From assembly GCF_001194135.2 (NCBI RefSeq), contig NC_068985.1, positions 55,142,670-55,206,669 of the forward strand: a stretch of 64,000 bases of DNA, given 5' to 3'. Below, piece by piece: positions 25,297 through 38,823 of this stretch (position 1 is the stretch's first letter; each line of letters begins with the position of its first letter). Below the pieces are notes generated by a model. It had not been told where the DNA came from. It saw only the letters and a program-made list of their open reading frames with translations, and did no database searches. Position numbers and translations under genes: made by a program. The stretch is from Octopus bimaculoides (lineage: Eukaryota).

Positions 25297-25516
25297 TCCT
25301 TTAGCATTTAAACCGGCCATATCCAACCTAAATATTCTGCCAGTTTTATGTTCAAACTGACCAGATTCAGCCAATCACACCTACCCTACAATATCATTCT
25401 AAAAATAAACAGTCACATTATTGAAATCTCAAAGCTGTGAGATAATGCTTGATTAATTCAAAACAATGTGAATAAAGAAGTATTACATTTGACAGAGTAA
25501 TCTGAATGCTAAAGGG
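25297..25516. mobile_element. piggyBac-type MITE (family E)
   Basis: ttaa-tcctttagcatt ... aatgctaaaggg-ttat; internal homology to 35625-35800 and 38824-39043. Confidence 0.7.
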
Positions 25517-25624
25517 TTATGGCAATCAGGATTAAAGACTACAGGCTGCACTGTAAACATTTGGTTTTAAAACAATTACTGGTGAACTTACAACACAGAA
25601 TAATTATTAATATTTTGGTGTCTC

Positions 25625-25850
25625 AGAAGGTGGCAAGGTGGCAGAATCGTTAGCATGCCAAGCAAAATGCTTAGCGGCATTTCGTCCTTCTTTACATTCT
25701 GAGTTCAAATTCTCCCGAGGTTGACATTGTCTTTCATCATTCCAGGGCTGATAAAGTAAGTACCAGCTGAGTACTGGGGTCAATGTAATCGACTTACCCA
25801 CTTCTCCGAAATTGCCGGCCTTGTGCCAAAATCTGAAGCCAATATTTTGG
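25625..25850 (+). mobile_element. Family-M SINE, well preserved
   Basis: aaggtggcagaatcgttagcatgcc...ctgagttcaaattctcccgaggttgac...aagtaccagctgagtactggggtc. Confidence 0.85.
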
Positions 25851-27299
25851 TGTCTCAAGAATAATTTTTTCCGTGAAGCAATGAACTTTTAAAAACATTA
25901 GCAGAGGTGAAGGCATGTATACACATCTGCGTGCATGTGACAACATTATGCTTAATTATCACCAATATTGAATCGTTGGCATTATAACAAATTTGCAACA
26001 CTAACAATTAGGTAAAATGTATATGAAAAGATAATGTTATGGTATAAAGTTTCATTAACACAATTTCCCCACCCACAATCATGACCAACACTATCACTAC
26101 TACTATTACTGCTGCTGCAACTAATTAAAATTAGAAAACAAGTGCAGCAAATTTAGAATTTCGTTATACATTTCAATTTGACATGATACAATATCTCAAG
26201 GGCCCCGTCACCAATTTGTTACTTATACCAACATCATCACCACTACCACCTCCACCAGTGTCATATCCACCACCACAACTAAAACCACTGCCATCAAAAG
26301 TATTAGCATCACATCTACCACTACACCACCATCACAACCCCCATTATAACACCCACCTGCACACCACCATCACCATCATCAAACCATCATCATCACACCC
26401 ACCCTCACCACCACCATTTCTTATTACATAACAGTCCAGTTATTTTTGCACAGTTCTTAAACTGAACTATTTAGCTTCAAAGTTGTATTTTTCTGTGTTT
26501 TGTTACGTTTTTGTAAATAGCTTGACATGGTTTTTACATTTCCATTTCACATAAAAGAAACAAAGAGAGAGAGGGGGGAAAGAGAGAGTTTTGAGGCAGG
26601 TATAAGGAAAAAGAAAGTATAGAAATTAGTTGACAAGAAATTAACAAATGCTGAAACTCTTTAATTATCTGCACAGCTGTCTTATTCTATATTATCATTT
26701 AGGTCTAGATTCAGAACTAAACATTTAGTTAAACTAAAAGACAAACATAATAAATACTTTGGTAATTTTCTTCATTAATCTCCTGAACAAAAAAAAAAAA
26801 TCAAAAAATAGTGTTCCAACCTGTCCGACATTCTTTATCAAGTCTCTTACTGTCTCGTTTATCATTTACAGAAAAGAAAGAAAGAAAAAAAGAGATCAGT
26901 AAAAGAAACAAAAAAACAAGTTAATTTAATGCAAATGACAGTAAAAGATCTAATTCACTGCCCAACACACACACACACACACANNNNNNNNNNNNNNNNN
27001 NNNNNNNNNNNNNNNNNNNNNNNNNNNNNNNNNNNNNNNNNNNNNNNNNNNNNNNNNNNNNNNNNNNNNNNNNNNNNNNNNNNNNNNNNNNNNNNNNNNN
27101 NNNNNNNNNNNNNNNNNNNNNNNNNNNNNNNNNNNNNNNNNNNNNNNNNNNNNNNNNNNNNNNNNNNACATCTAAAGCTTTCAATGCCACCATCAACATC
27201 ACAGTTTTAACATCCACTTTTCCACACTGAAACCATGGTGTTGTGGAGTGAGCTTCTTAGCCATACATCCATGCCTGTGCCTCTAATATTCCTTAATAT

Positions 27300-27515
27300 T
27301 AAACATTAAAATATTCAATATTTTTTACAGAGATGTACTTGCATAGCAAGTGACCTGATCTGAGATCGTGTTCTGGAATGAAAACAATTGCAGCGTGGAA
27401 GGTGTTTATAAGCCATTTAAAATAACACACAAAAACCGTTAGATTCACTTCAACATTTAAATTTGTCAAAATATTTTCGTCGCTTTGAGACCGCGACCTG
27501 TTCACTAACAAAATT
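27300..27515 (-). mobile_element. Probable Penelope-like pLTR remnant
   Basis: CpG-retaining segment ending in a hammerhead-shaped motif; family assignment is inferred from that motif only. Confidence 0.5.
27463..27511 (-). ncRNA. Minimal hammerhead with swapped G3-C8 core
   Basis: ttgtta GTGAACA g gtcgc ggtctcaaa gcgac GAAA atat TT tgacaa: 6-bp stem I (one GU), 5-bp stem II, palindromic AATATT stem III, UUU site. Confidence 0.6.
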
Positions 27516-28146
27516 CTGTGCTCACCAAATGTTTTATTCTGCAGTACCTAACTAGATTTGATCTAGGTACCTTCATTATTAGACAAAAGATAATAATGTA
27601 CTTATCCACTAGACTACTAAAACAACATAAGAAGTCCAAGAATAAGATGCTTGATGATGGTCAGAAATGATACTGATGCGAACATAGTGCAGATGTAATT
27701 ATATTAAAACAGCTTTAACGATGATGTTAATTGCCTGGAAAATAATAAACATATTAAAACCTTCTAAGTTTAGCATTATTTTTCTTCATTCCTTTCCCCC
27801 TTTTTTTCTGTCTTTTTACATAGAGAAATCCAGCTGTGTAGCTGTGGAGACATGCAGAGTTTTGAAGACACTAGCATTCCTACACGTTATTGAAATATTT
27901 TCACCTTACAGAGATTTGAAATTGATGCAAAACTTCAACAAGTGTTCCAGTTTGCTCTTAGAACATAGATATTACTTAATATATCGTTTGGAACAAATTT
28001 TTTGAAAATATGTTAGAGTCTTTGTAGATGACAACGTTTTGAGAATGACATTCCAAACAGTTTTAACATTTGAGGTTCCATGACATGAAAATGTTTCATG
28101 TGATGCGCTTTTATGGCAGGCAATAACAATAACACTAACAACAACA

Positions 28147-29290
28147 ATGGTTTCAGGTTTTGGTACAAGGCCAGCAATTTTAGTGGGAAGCAGGTTAGTT
28201 AATTACATCAACCCTAGTGCTTAACTAGCACTTAATTTGCTGGTCCTGAAAGAATGAAAAGCAAAGCTGACCTCATTGAGATTTGAGTTCAGAACATAAA
28301 GAAACAGCTAAACATTACGTCAGACACTCTAATGATTCTGCCAGCTTAATAATAATAATGATAATAATCTCTTGTGCCTTAATAATAATAATTATTATTA
28401 TTATTAAGGCACAAGAGTTGGAATTTTGTGGGAGGGAGCTAGTTGATTGCATTGACTCCAGTGCTTGACTGGTACTTATTTCATCAACCCTGAAAGGACA
28501 AAAGCCAAAATGACCTCAGTGGAATTAGAACTCAAAACACAGACAGATAAAATGCCACTAAGCATTTTGTCCAGTATGCTAATAACTCTGCTAGCTTACT
28601 GCTGTAATAATAATAATATTAGTTTCAAATTTTGCCACAAGGAAAGCAATTTCAGGGGAGGGGATTAGTTGATTACATCGACCCTAGTGTTTAACTGGTA
28701 CTTATTTTATTGACCCTGAGAGGATGAAAGGCAAAGTGAAAGGAACAGTGAAGAACATTTGCAAGTCTCTGGATGACTGAGGTTACAGGTGGTGACTTGT
28801 TATCTAAGAGTAAACCCACCTAAATTCCATCATAAGAGTGAGATACAAAAAATTTTGAAATAATAATAGTTGCTGATTCAGGTGCAAGGCTGTCAATTTT
28901 AAGGGAAAGGTTTTGTCAATCTCAATCTCATCGACCCTGCTACTTGCACTTTATTTTATCAACTCGAAAATCAAAGTTGAGCTCAACAAGATTTGAACTC
29001 AAAAAGTGAAACGGGAAAAAATATCACAGAAATAATTTTTTTCTGACACTCCAACAATTTTGCCAGATCCCTACCAATAATAGTAGTTTCTGATTTAGGA
29101 ACAAGGCCAGCATTTTGAAGAGGAGGGTGTTAGTTACTACTATGAATCCAGCATATAACTGGTATTTTATTTAATTGACTCTGAAGGGATGAAAGGCAAA
29201 GTTGACCTACACTGGACTTAAAATTCAAAGAGCTAGGAGAAACATTTGCAAGGCATTTTGTTCAATGCTCTAACAATCCTACCAATGCCC
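28147..29290 (-). mobile_element. Head-to-tail cluster of five family-M SINEs
   Basis: Units at about 28147, 28400, 28620 (truncated), 28870 and 29085, mostly separated by (AAT)n-type spacers. Confidence 0.75.
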
Positions 29291-29449
29291 TTCCCTTTTA
29301 TTAACAAAAGAATGAGTCACATAAAAAGAAAATTACAAAAATGGGTTGTAATTTTTGAGTTGAGGAGGAGAGCAGTTTACATTAAAATCAAATAAAGAGG
29401 AATAATAATAAAAACAAGGTGTGAGAAATGAAATGAAGTTGTCATCATC

Positions 29450-29830
29450 ATTTAACATCCACTTTTCCATGCTTGCATGGGTTAGATGGAATTCACTAAG
29501 GCAAATATTTTATGGCCAGATGCCCTTCTTGTTGCCAACCCTCACCTGTTTTCAAGCAAGGTAATATTTCCCCATGGCCAGACATGTTTTTCACAGAAGA
29601 CTGGAAATGAATAACACTACTGATATAACGGACACTCATTTACAACTATCACATGATGTCAAGATGAGAGTACACAGACACAGAGACACACACACATGAC
29701 AGGTTTCTTTCAGTTTCAGTTCACTAAATGCATTCACAGGGGTTGATCCAAGACTATAGTAGAAGACATTTGTTCAAAATGCCAAACAGTGGAACTGAAC
29801 CAGAGACCACAGGGTTAGGATGCAAGCTTC
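29450..29830 (-). mobile_element. SINE head A + tail C
   Basis: Reverse complement of the 4015-4470 type. Confidence 0.8.
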
Positions 29831-30706
29831 ACACACCTGGGTATTCTTAAAACTGGGAAGTTAGAATAACCATTTCATATACAAGAAACTGAGATCAACT
29901 GTATATAAACAAAACTGAAAACAACAAAAAAAAAAGGAAGGAAAGAATAGCATGAATATTTAAGTATATACTTCAAAAATACTATAATCACAAACAGAAT
30001 TCCTTACACAGCTGACATTGGTGTTCGGTATTAAAGAAATCAATAAATGGGAGCCAGATATTCTTGAAATCAAATCTTATATACAGAATGGATTCTTGCA
30101 GTAGCAGAAATAGTTGAACTTTACAAATGGATAAAATATTATAAGAACACTAAGACAATCTGTTTTAATGCCTGCATTGAGTTGAGAAGACAAGTTGAAA
30201 TGAATGGTTGCTGGAGCAGTTGGAAACTAAATTCAATGTCCATTAATTATTAAATTGTGTATTAATAACTAATTATTACATGTCTAATCAATCTGACCAG
30301 TTGGTATTACTGAAATAACTGCAGAATTTATCCAGTAGGAATAGTTTTGTTCTGCACTGTCAATATATTTTAAATCATTATTCTAAGCATACACCTATGG
30401 GGGCTTTTCATCTACCAATTCCACTAACAGAGAAGTGATTGGTCCAAGGTTGTACTAGAAAACACTTGCCCAAAATTTCATGTCACACAGTGGAACTGAA
30501 TCCAAATACATATATCTATATATATGTATTTTATCTTTTAGCTGGGGCATCGCCTTGAAGAATTTTTTAGTCAAATGAACTGATCCCAGTACATTTTTTC
30601 TTAAGCCTGGTATTTCTTCTATTGATATCTTTTGTGGAACTACTAAGTTATGAGGATGTAAACATACCAACACCGGTTGTCAAGCAGTGGTGGGGGACAC
30701 TATATA

Positions 30707-31965
30707 TAGTAAGGTCATCCCATAAATAATGCAGTTTTTTCGACTGCATGAGCTAAAGTCTGAGGGGGATGGGATAAACTACCTGCATCAACTTGCTATA
30801 AAATAGATAGTAACTTTACCTTGTTCTTTTTCTTAGTGCAAGTTTTGAAGAGTGCAGTTCAATTTCAACAGTTAGTTTTTCAAAGCATATTTTGCTTTAC
30901 GCATTCAATAAAGGCAACAACGCAATGGAAAATACAAGAAATATCAATGCAGTATATGGGGATAGGACAACAAGCATAAGCCAGTGTCAATGGTGGTTCC
31001 AGAAATTCTGAGCTGGAAACTATACAACCTAAAAGACAAGCCTTGTCCTGAAAGATATGTAGAGCTCAACAAGAACATCCTGCAAACCTTGGTGGAACAA
31101 AATTCCATCGTAACTGTTGAGGAACTAGCAGAGAAGCTTGGATTTGGTCATTCAACCATTCATTTACACCTAGGTGCCATCAGAAAAGTCAGCAAATTGG
31201 GTCAATGTGTTCCTCACAAACTTTCTGAGAATAAATCACGTGCAGAGAGTGAATGTGTGCTCTTTTTTGCTGTCATATCTCACAAATACACCTGTTTTGG
31301 ATGAAATAGTGACTGGTGACAAGAAATGGGTTCTCTATAAAAATGTCAAGTGCTGAAGACAGTGAGTAGGGAAAGGAGAAACACCAGCACCCCAGGCTAA
31401 AGAAGATCTTCACTCATGTACAGTGTTGTTATCTGTTTGGTGAGATATGACAGGTTTAGTCCACTTTGAACTTTTAAACCCAAACCAAACAATAACAAAG
31501 GAGATCTACTGCAAGCAGCCTGGGTGACTTGAGTCAGCACTAGAAGAAAAACAACCATGTTTGATTTCAAGACAAAAGGTGTTCTTCCATCAGGATAGTA
31601 CTTGGTCACATACAGTGAAGATGACGTTCCAAAGGCTGAAGCTGTTTGAATGGGAAACGATGCCCCGCCCACCATATTCGCCGAACATTGCCCCATCTGA
31701 TTATCATTTATTCCAGTCTTCAAAATCATTTGGACGAAAAAAATATGAATTCTGTAGATGAGGTCAGAAGAGTAATGAAGGAGTATGTTTTGTCACAGAC
31801 AAGTGAATTTTGGAAGAAAGGCCTTGCAAGTCTACCAGATAGATGGAAGAGCATTGTAGAAAATGGCGGAGAGTATATTTTAGATTAAAAAAGAACTAAA
31901 TTTATCTGAATTCTGAAAAATAAAAGTATAAAAAACCACATTATTTAAGAGATGACCCAGCATAT
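30707..31965 (+). mobile_element. Full-length (~1.26 kb) decayed mariner transposon
   Basis: Imperfect TIRs ggtcatcccataaataatgcagttttt / aaaaaccacattatttaagagatgacc, both next to TA runs. Confidence 0.9.
30886..31888 (+). pseudogene. mariner D,D34D transposase pseudogene
   Basis: HILLYAFNKGNNA...WWFQKF; CVPHKL (WVPHEL motif); IVTGDKKW; FHQDSTWSH; PPYSPNIAPSDYHLF; FWKKGLASLPDRWKSIVENGGEY; several stops and frameshifts. Confidence 0.92.
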
Positions 31966-32267
31966 ACACACACACACACACACACACACAAATATAAGTA
32001 TGTGTATATATGTACATATATATATTTATTTATGTATGTATGTGTATAAATTTTTGCCAGTATATACGCAGTGAAGCTATACAATAGCGTCGTATTTATN
32101 NNNNNNNNNNNNNNNNNNNNNNNNNNNNNNNNNNNNNNNNNNNNNNNNNNNNNNNNNNNNNNNNNNNNNNNNNNNNNNNNNNNNNNNNNNNNNNNNNNNA
32201 TATATATATATATATATATACATACATATATATATATGCATATACCTATGTATATGTTATGTATGCT

Positions 32268-32316
<49 letters not shown>

Positions 32317-33469
32317 TTACACACATATGGGCGTCTGTATGTGTATAATAATTTTTTTTATTTGCCACATGAGTATCAGATGAGGAGGATATTACATGGA
32401 CTGTTTACAGTTTGTGTGCAGTGGAGGGGTGTTGGTATATAAAAGATGTGATGAAGAAATGGAGTGAAGGGGGGAAATAAGATAAAAATTTCACTTCGTA
32501 TACATATCTATGATGTGTATACTCTGTGTAATTCTTATACAGGAGTCCTTCCCGCTAAGACCAATCAAGGAACTCCACAAGTCAAGGATCACTCTGACCA
32601 CCTAGGCACTTCCCCATCCAATTGCTTAGAGTATGTCAATTCACTGTGGCCATTTTATTTTCACTCACCCACCGATAATAATAATAATAAATGTAATAAT
32701 AATTTGTTGGTATTTGTATGATATTGTTTTAGAGAGTCCATTTAGTACTGCTTACCATCAACCATTTTGCATTTCCATTCTTTCTCTTCATCTCTGTCTT
32801 TTTCACTTTTTCGTCACACAGATTCTTCTTTTCAGTCCTCAACTTTTACATATACACACCTACCTCTCTTTGTATATATTCCTTATCTTATATGCCTTTA
32901 TATCTTTCTCCCCCCCCCCATGACCTTTTTATATAATCCTACTCCAGATTCAAATTGGCACCCATCCAGACCTGCTTCACACACACGCACGCACGCATGC
33001 ACGCACGCACGCACACACACTGTTGTCTCTATATCATACTTCTTTTGGAATCTGGAGTGTGATCCTATCTGTTTTCCTAGTAATCTTTTTATTTGATTCG
33101 GATATTTTTCTCTTATTTTTCATCTTTTAATCTAGCACTCACCGTAAAATTACCCCCTTTTTCTTCTTTTTAACCACTTTGACCAAAACCCCAATAATAG
33201 CAATAACTCTACAACCAACTTGGAATTCCTGTAACTCTCAATTCTGAAGAGGAAATTACTTGGTTTTTCTGATGGTTTAGGGTGTGTTCCACATCTAAAA
33301 ATAGGTCACCTGAGTCTGGTAGAGTTAGTTATTTCTTCCTGTAGGGAGTCTTAACATAAAGTGTGATTAGTTGTGGAGGGCTTCAGTGCAGATAAATATG
33401 TTAAGTTGTGGCACTCTATTCACAATACATAAAACTAAATTTGCACTTAAGCAACTTCTGTTTCATATC

Positions 33470-33650
33470 TTTATGTGTGGATATGTCTGACTCTGTATCT
33501 TCTGAGTTCAAATTCTGATGAGGTCAACTTTGCCTTTCATCCTTTCAGTGTGAATAAAATACCCATTGAACACTGGGATCAATATAATCAACTAAACCCC
33601 TCCCTTCCAAATTTATGGCCTTGTGGCCAAAAATTTGAAATCATTATTTT
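33470..33650 (+). mobile_element. Family-M SINE
   Basis: cttctgagttcaaattctgatgaggtcaactttgcctttcatcc. Confidence 0.75.
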
Positions 33651-34254
33651 ATTATTTTGCTAGTTTCAGCTTTTGGACTGCAATTGTTTTATTGCTTAAC
33701 TCTGATGGTTTCAGTCAATCATATTCTCTCCCGTTTTTGCACCATCAGTCTCTATTTATCCAATGACCAAGTCGGTTTCTGACATTAAAGAAGTACTTTT
33801 GTGTGACAGACAATTTTTGTGTGTGTGCATGCACACACATCAGTATATGACAGTTCTGCATAATTTCCATCTACAACACATGCTAAAGCTACCACCAATT
33901 GGCCTGAACTTAAAGCATATAGTTGTGAAACACACTGCATAGCCATTTTTCCACCTATATATATAGTTCAAATTTACAGAAAACAAAAGACGAAGACAGG
34001 TGTAAGAACAACAAGCAAGTGTATTAATTTAACACTTGGAAAGAATGGAAATGTCTTTTACATTTTGAGCCTAAGCTTTTCAACAGAAAGGATTAAGAGG
34101 GAACAAAATGGAGTGAGAAAACAATGCAGTTCTACAGTCCAACATGACAAGATGACCAGAAAACAGAAGCTCAATGAAAGAGAGATAATAATAATAATAA
34201 CAATAACGGTGACCCCCAATGAACTAAGGTACGCAAGTGTATGTGTGAATGGGG

Positions 34255-34850
34255 ATGTGTAGGTGAGTGTGTGTGAATGCTTATGGATGTGTGTATATGT
34301 TTGAGTATGTGTATGGAAGTGTGTATGTGTGTGAGGCTAGCGTGTGTGTGTAGCAGTTGATGGGTGCTTGTTCAAGTGGTGTGTGCACGTGTGTATGTGT
34401 GTGTCTGTGACCAAATAGTGTGCATGTGTATAGTGTATGTTTGTAGCCGAAAGTTGTCTGTACCTGTGTGTATTGCGTACCTGTGTTCAGGTATTATGTG
34501 CTTGTGTGCGTGTGGGAGTGTGCATGATGGTGTTTGTACTGAGTTAAACAATGTGGTGGGCTGCTTGTATGTGTAATGACGTTATTGAAGATTGTGTGTG
34601 GGTGTGTGGATAATGGTGTGTGGTGTGGGTGCTGAGAAGTGTTTGGTGCTAGTGTGTGTGGAGGAGGAAGGTGTTTGCGGGTGTGTGTGTAATGGTGTGT
34701 GAAGTGAGTAATGAGTTGAACAGTGTGTGTTTGTGGGTGTTTGTATAGTGATGTGTGTGTGGTGAGGGTACCAAGGTAGAGGGTGTGTAGGTAGATGGGG
34801 GGGGCAGTTGATTGTGGGAGGTGTGTGTGGGAACCCCTGTGAGGTTGGTG
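34255..34850. repeat. Decayed (GT)n-rich low-complexity tract
   Basis: G/T-skewed composition; ORFs here are H/T/P- or V/C-rich artefacts. Confidence 0.85.
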
Positions 34851-35624
34851 TCAGATGAAGTAGAGCCCACAAGGTACAAAAGAATGAAGAGAGAAGATTA
34901 ATTCCTGTTCATGGCAAAGGCTGGAGTTTGGGTGACCCCTGTGCAGAGACAGTCCAAACACAGACAGATGTTGTAGCAAATGACTGGTAGAGTGGAAGTG
35001 GTGAGACCAGGATGTCATTGCCAAGTCTGATGTCTTGGAGATGCTCTGCAAACCAGTCAGTCAAGCAGCGTCCTGTTTGACCAAAGACAAGGCAAAATGA
35101 CCATTATTTATACTTTGTCTTATATATATCACTCTGTGTAAAAGCCAGTTTGTCGGGAGCCCAACCACAGATTTACCATATAGAATTTTGATGAACCATA
35201 ACCTTGGACCCTGCCATAAGAATACTTAGAGTTCTTCACTAAGCTAAGCAATATTGTTAACCTGATGTGCCAACAGAGAGCTTACAAAGTATTTTACCTG
35301 GATTGATAATCCCTCACTATTAGCTATATATATATGTACGTGTATATCAGATTCTATTACTTTTGTATGTACCTGATCAGTCTTTCATTGATGCCAAACC
35401 ATCTTTGATATTGCATCCTAGCTTTTCATCAGAATACGTGTCATTTTAATCCGAGACAAAAGTTGAGCTGATATAAATATGCGTCTTGGAACTTGAATTG
35501 TTGATACGTTTAAATGTGCTGTCAACTGTTTCCTAGTTGCTTAGACTAACATCTTATGTCCTCGTATATTTCCTACTGACTAGACATATTGATAAACAGA
35601 TTATATGTTTATCTGGAGCTTGAA

Positions 35625-35800
35625 CCCTTTAGCACTCAGATTACTCTGCCACATGCAACACTCATTGATACACATTGTTTTTAATTAATCCTGCATGATC
35701 TCGTAGCTTTGAGGTTTTGATGATGTGATTGTTTATTCTTAGAATGATATTATAGGGTAGGTGTGAGAGGCTGGATATAGCTGGTTTAAATGCTAATGGG
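35625..35800. mobile_element. piggyBac-type MITE (family E)
   Basis: tgaa-ccctttagcact ... aatgctaatggg-ttaa. Confidence 0.7.
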
Positions 35801-36129
35801 TTAAGTGAATCACATTGAGCTTAGTTTCATAAACAAGATAATCCATATTGATTCTTCTAATAGAGTTCAAACTCTTTGTTCAGTTGATCTGACTTCAAAT
35901 GTGCAGATCAAGGTTTACAACATTTTCTACCTCGGTGTCTCCTTTCATCAAAACGTGTTTTTATAAACGACCTCTTCCCCATGATCTTAATCAAACAAAA
36001 GCCAGCATCGCAGTGTACTTAAGAAGTTTGTTTTGTGTTTCTAAGTGGTTTCATTTCAGTTCTACTCGGCAAGATGGACTGAAATGAGTTTGGTATGTGG
36101 AAACTGCATTGAGACTTAAACATACATGT

Positions 36130-36585
36130 GTATATCGTGGGAGACTTAAACACACGTGTATGTCATTGCTTCCCAAAGACCTGGCTTTAGGTTAAGTTAC
36201 CCTGCATAGCACTTTTTGCAAATGTTTTGTTCTATAACCTGACTGACCGAAGCCTTGTGAGTGATCCTGCTGATGAAGAGTGAAAGAACTCATTGTGTCT
36301 GTGTGTATATACATATGTATATTTGTGTGTGTCTGTTATTGTCTCTTTGTGTTAACATTGTGTGGTAATTGTAAATGGGTGATGTCATCATACAGGTGGT
36401 GTCCTTTCTTTCAAATCTTCTATGAAAACATGTTTGGTCGTGGGAAGATAGAGATATTACCTCACTTAGAAATAGGTGAGGGTTGGTGATAGACAGGGCA
36501 TCCAGTTGTGGAAAATCTGCCTCAACAAATTCCATTCAACCTCATGTGAGCATGGAAAATTGTTTGTCAAAATGGTGATGATGAT
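36130..36585 (+). mobile_element. Degraded SINE head A + tail C
   Basis: Tail ggtgagggttggtgatagacagggcatcc...catggaaaa is recognisable. Confidence 0.65.
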
Positions 36586-37389
36586 AATATATTTATCATT
36601 GCCATCACCATTTAACATATATTTTCCTTGGTAGCCTGCATTTGTAACCCATGCCAGCATGGAGAATGGACGTTAAATGAGGATGGTGATGGGTTTGTGT
36701 GTGTATTAGAGCAGTATGGCTAAATGTTTAAAAAGTTTTTCATAATTCCATGTTCCACTAAAAAAAAAAAAAAAAAAAATTTTAGATTCTATGCCCTACT
36801 ACAATTTTCTCAGGCTCTACTAGTGGGGCATGTGCCCTACTTTGGGAATCACTGGATTAGATGAAAACTGCATAGAGACCCTGTAGGTGGGTTGTACCTG
36901 TAATTCAAGAGGTACCGCTTTGTCATACACTGTCACACTGATCCTGTCTTAGAAATTACATTAAGGGTACATATGTCTATGGAATACTCTGCTAATCAAA
37001 CATCAATTCAGTTGCTCAAACAAGTCAATCTTGATCATCGAATGTCAGAGATCCACCATTTCAAGTATATCTGAGTTGGTTAATAACTCCAAGCAGCTTT
37101 GGTACTTTCTTAACTCAGCTGGCATGAATTAAAACATTTCTTCAGGACAAAGAAGGAACTTCAGTTAAAAATTTGTTGTTTTGAGTGAGAGACAGTATGG
37201 TGAGTAAGGCCATCCATATATAATATAACTTGTCCAAAACAACTGACAATTTTCATTTGATGATAATATTTGCTTTATGCTTATTTTTAACTTGCTAACA
37301 TGGGTTAGATAGATATATTATTGAGGCATTGTTTTCCTGCTGGATGTCCTTCTTATTGATAACCTTTACCTGTTTATCAGGTAAGGTAA

Positions 37390-37530
37390 GTGAAGGTGTG
37401 TGGCCTAGTGGTTAGGGTGTTGCGCCCAAGATTACAAGATTGTGATTTCAATTCTTAGACTGGCTATGTGTTGTGTTCTTGAGCAAATCACTGTATTTCA
37501 TGTTACTCCAGTCCACTCAACTGTAAATGG
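37390..37530 (+). mobile_element. Third tRNA-derived SINE family
   Basis: gtggcctagtggttagggtg (A-box-like)...gttcttgagcaaatcac...ccagtccactcaactgtaaatggg. Confidence 0.65.
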
Positions 37531-37819
37531 GTTACCTCGTGATGGATTGATGTACAAGGATGAGTCAGTGACTCAGAAAAATCACTCAAATGGAAGTCTT
37601 GTGAGCTATGTTTTGTATTTAGCAATTGAAAGGAGAAATAGTGCAACTGGTACTGTGCATCATAACTGGTTAGGGCAGGTTGTACAACCATGTCAAAGGT
37701 CATTCAAAAGTCATGGAATATATCCTTTTATTTCCTACAAGTTTGAAAGTGCGAAGGAGAAATAACAACAACACAGCTCTTAGCAACTTTCATACATACA
37801 AACACACACACACACACAC

Positions 37820-37975
37820 ATACAACAGGACTCTTTCAGTTTCTGTTTACCAAACCCACTCACAAGGGATTGGTTGGCCTGAAGCTACAGCAGGAGACAT
37901 TTGCCCAAGGTATCATGCAGTGGGACTGAACTCGGAACCATGTGGTTGAGAAACAAGCTTCTTACCATACAGCTA
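37820..37975 (-). mobile_element. SINE head A
   Basis: Reverse complement of the head consensus. Confidence 0.8.
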
Positions 37976-38064
<89 letters not shown>

Positions 38065-38244
38065 CCTCCCTCCCTGTCTTGCAAGCTGGCAACCTTATTA
38101 GGGCTGGTAACATAAAACTACGCTGTAAAGTAGCTGGTGTTAGAGCATCTAGCTGTAGAAACCATACCAAAGCTGAAAGTGGAGCTCAAGCTAGTCCTAC
38201 AGACAATAATGATGATATAAAGCAGACAATAATGATGATATAAA

Positions 38245-38650
38245 GGTGTAGCTGAGAAGCTTGCTTCCTAACTATATGGCTTCAGATTTAATCCCACTAC
38301 TCAGCATTGTGAATTTTGGGCAGGTATCTTCTATATATAGGCCTGGGCCTCCCAAAGCCTTGTGATTGAATTTGGTGGACTGAAAGAAGCCCATTGTGTG
38401 TGTGTGTGTGTGTGTGTCTGTGTGTATCCTTGTCTTGATTTCATGTGATGGTTGTAAATGAGCATCACCATCATACAAACAGTGTCATTCATTTCTAGTC
38501 TTCTGTGAAAAATGTGTTTTGTCAAAGGGAAATAGTATCTTGCTTGTAGACAGAAAAGCAAAATATCCGGCCATAGCAAATCTTCCTCAATGAACACCGT
38601 TTGACTCTTGCGACCATGGAAAAGTTGGTATTAAAACGACGCCGATGATT
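38245..38650 (+). mobile_element. SINE head A + tail C
   Basis: As 4015-4470. Confidence 0.7.
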
Positions 38651-38823
38651 GTGTGTGTGTGTGTGTGTGTGTGATAGCCTATGAATATGATATTTAAAAA
38701 CTCATAGCGATCACTCATGAATAATTATGTTTTGGTATTGAACCTACAACTTTATGATCATGAGCCCAACTCTAATCTAGACCATGCACTTTCATTTGTT
38801 TTTACTATGAATATATTTTTTAA

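Noticed and set aside
26183-26431. Pro/His-rich ORF
   Set aside because: Decayed (CAC/CAT)n low-complexity sequence, with no splice or homology support.
34090-34228. AG...GT-bounded open frame ERIKREQNG...
   Set aside because: Includes an (ATA)n tract and has no homology support.
37118-37199. Strong donor atg|gtgagt
   Set aside because: All frames upstream of it contain stops.
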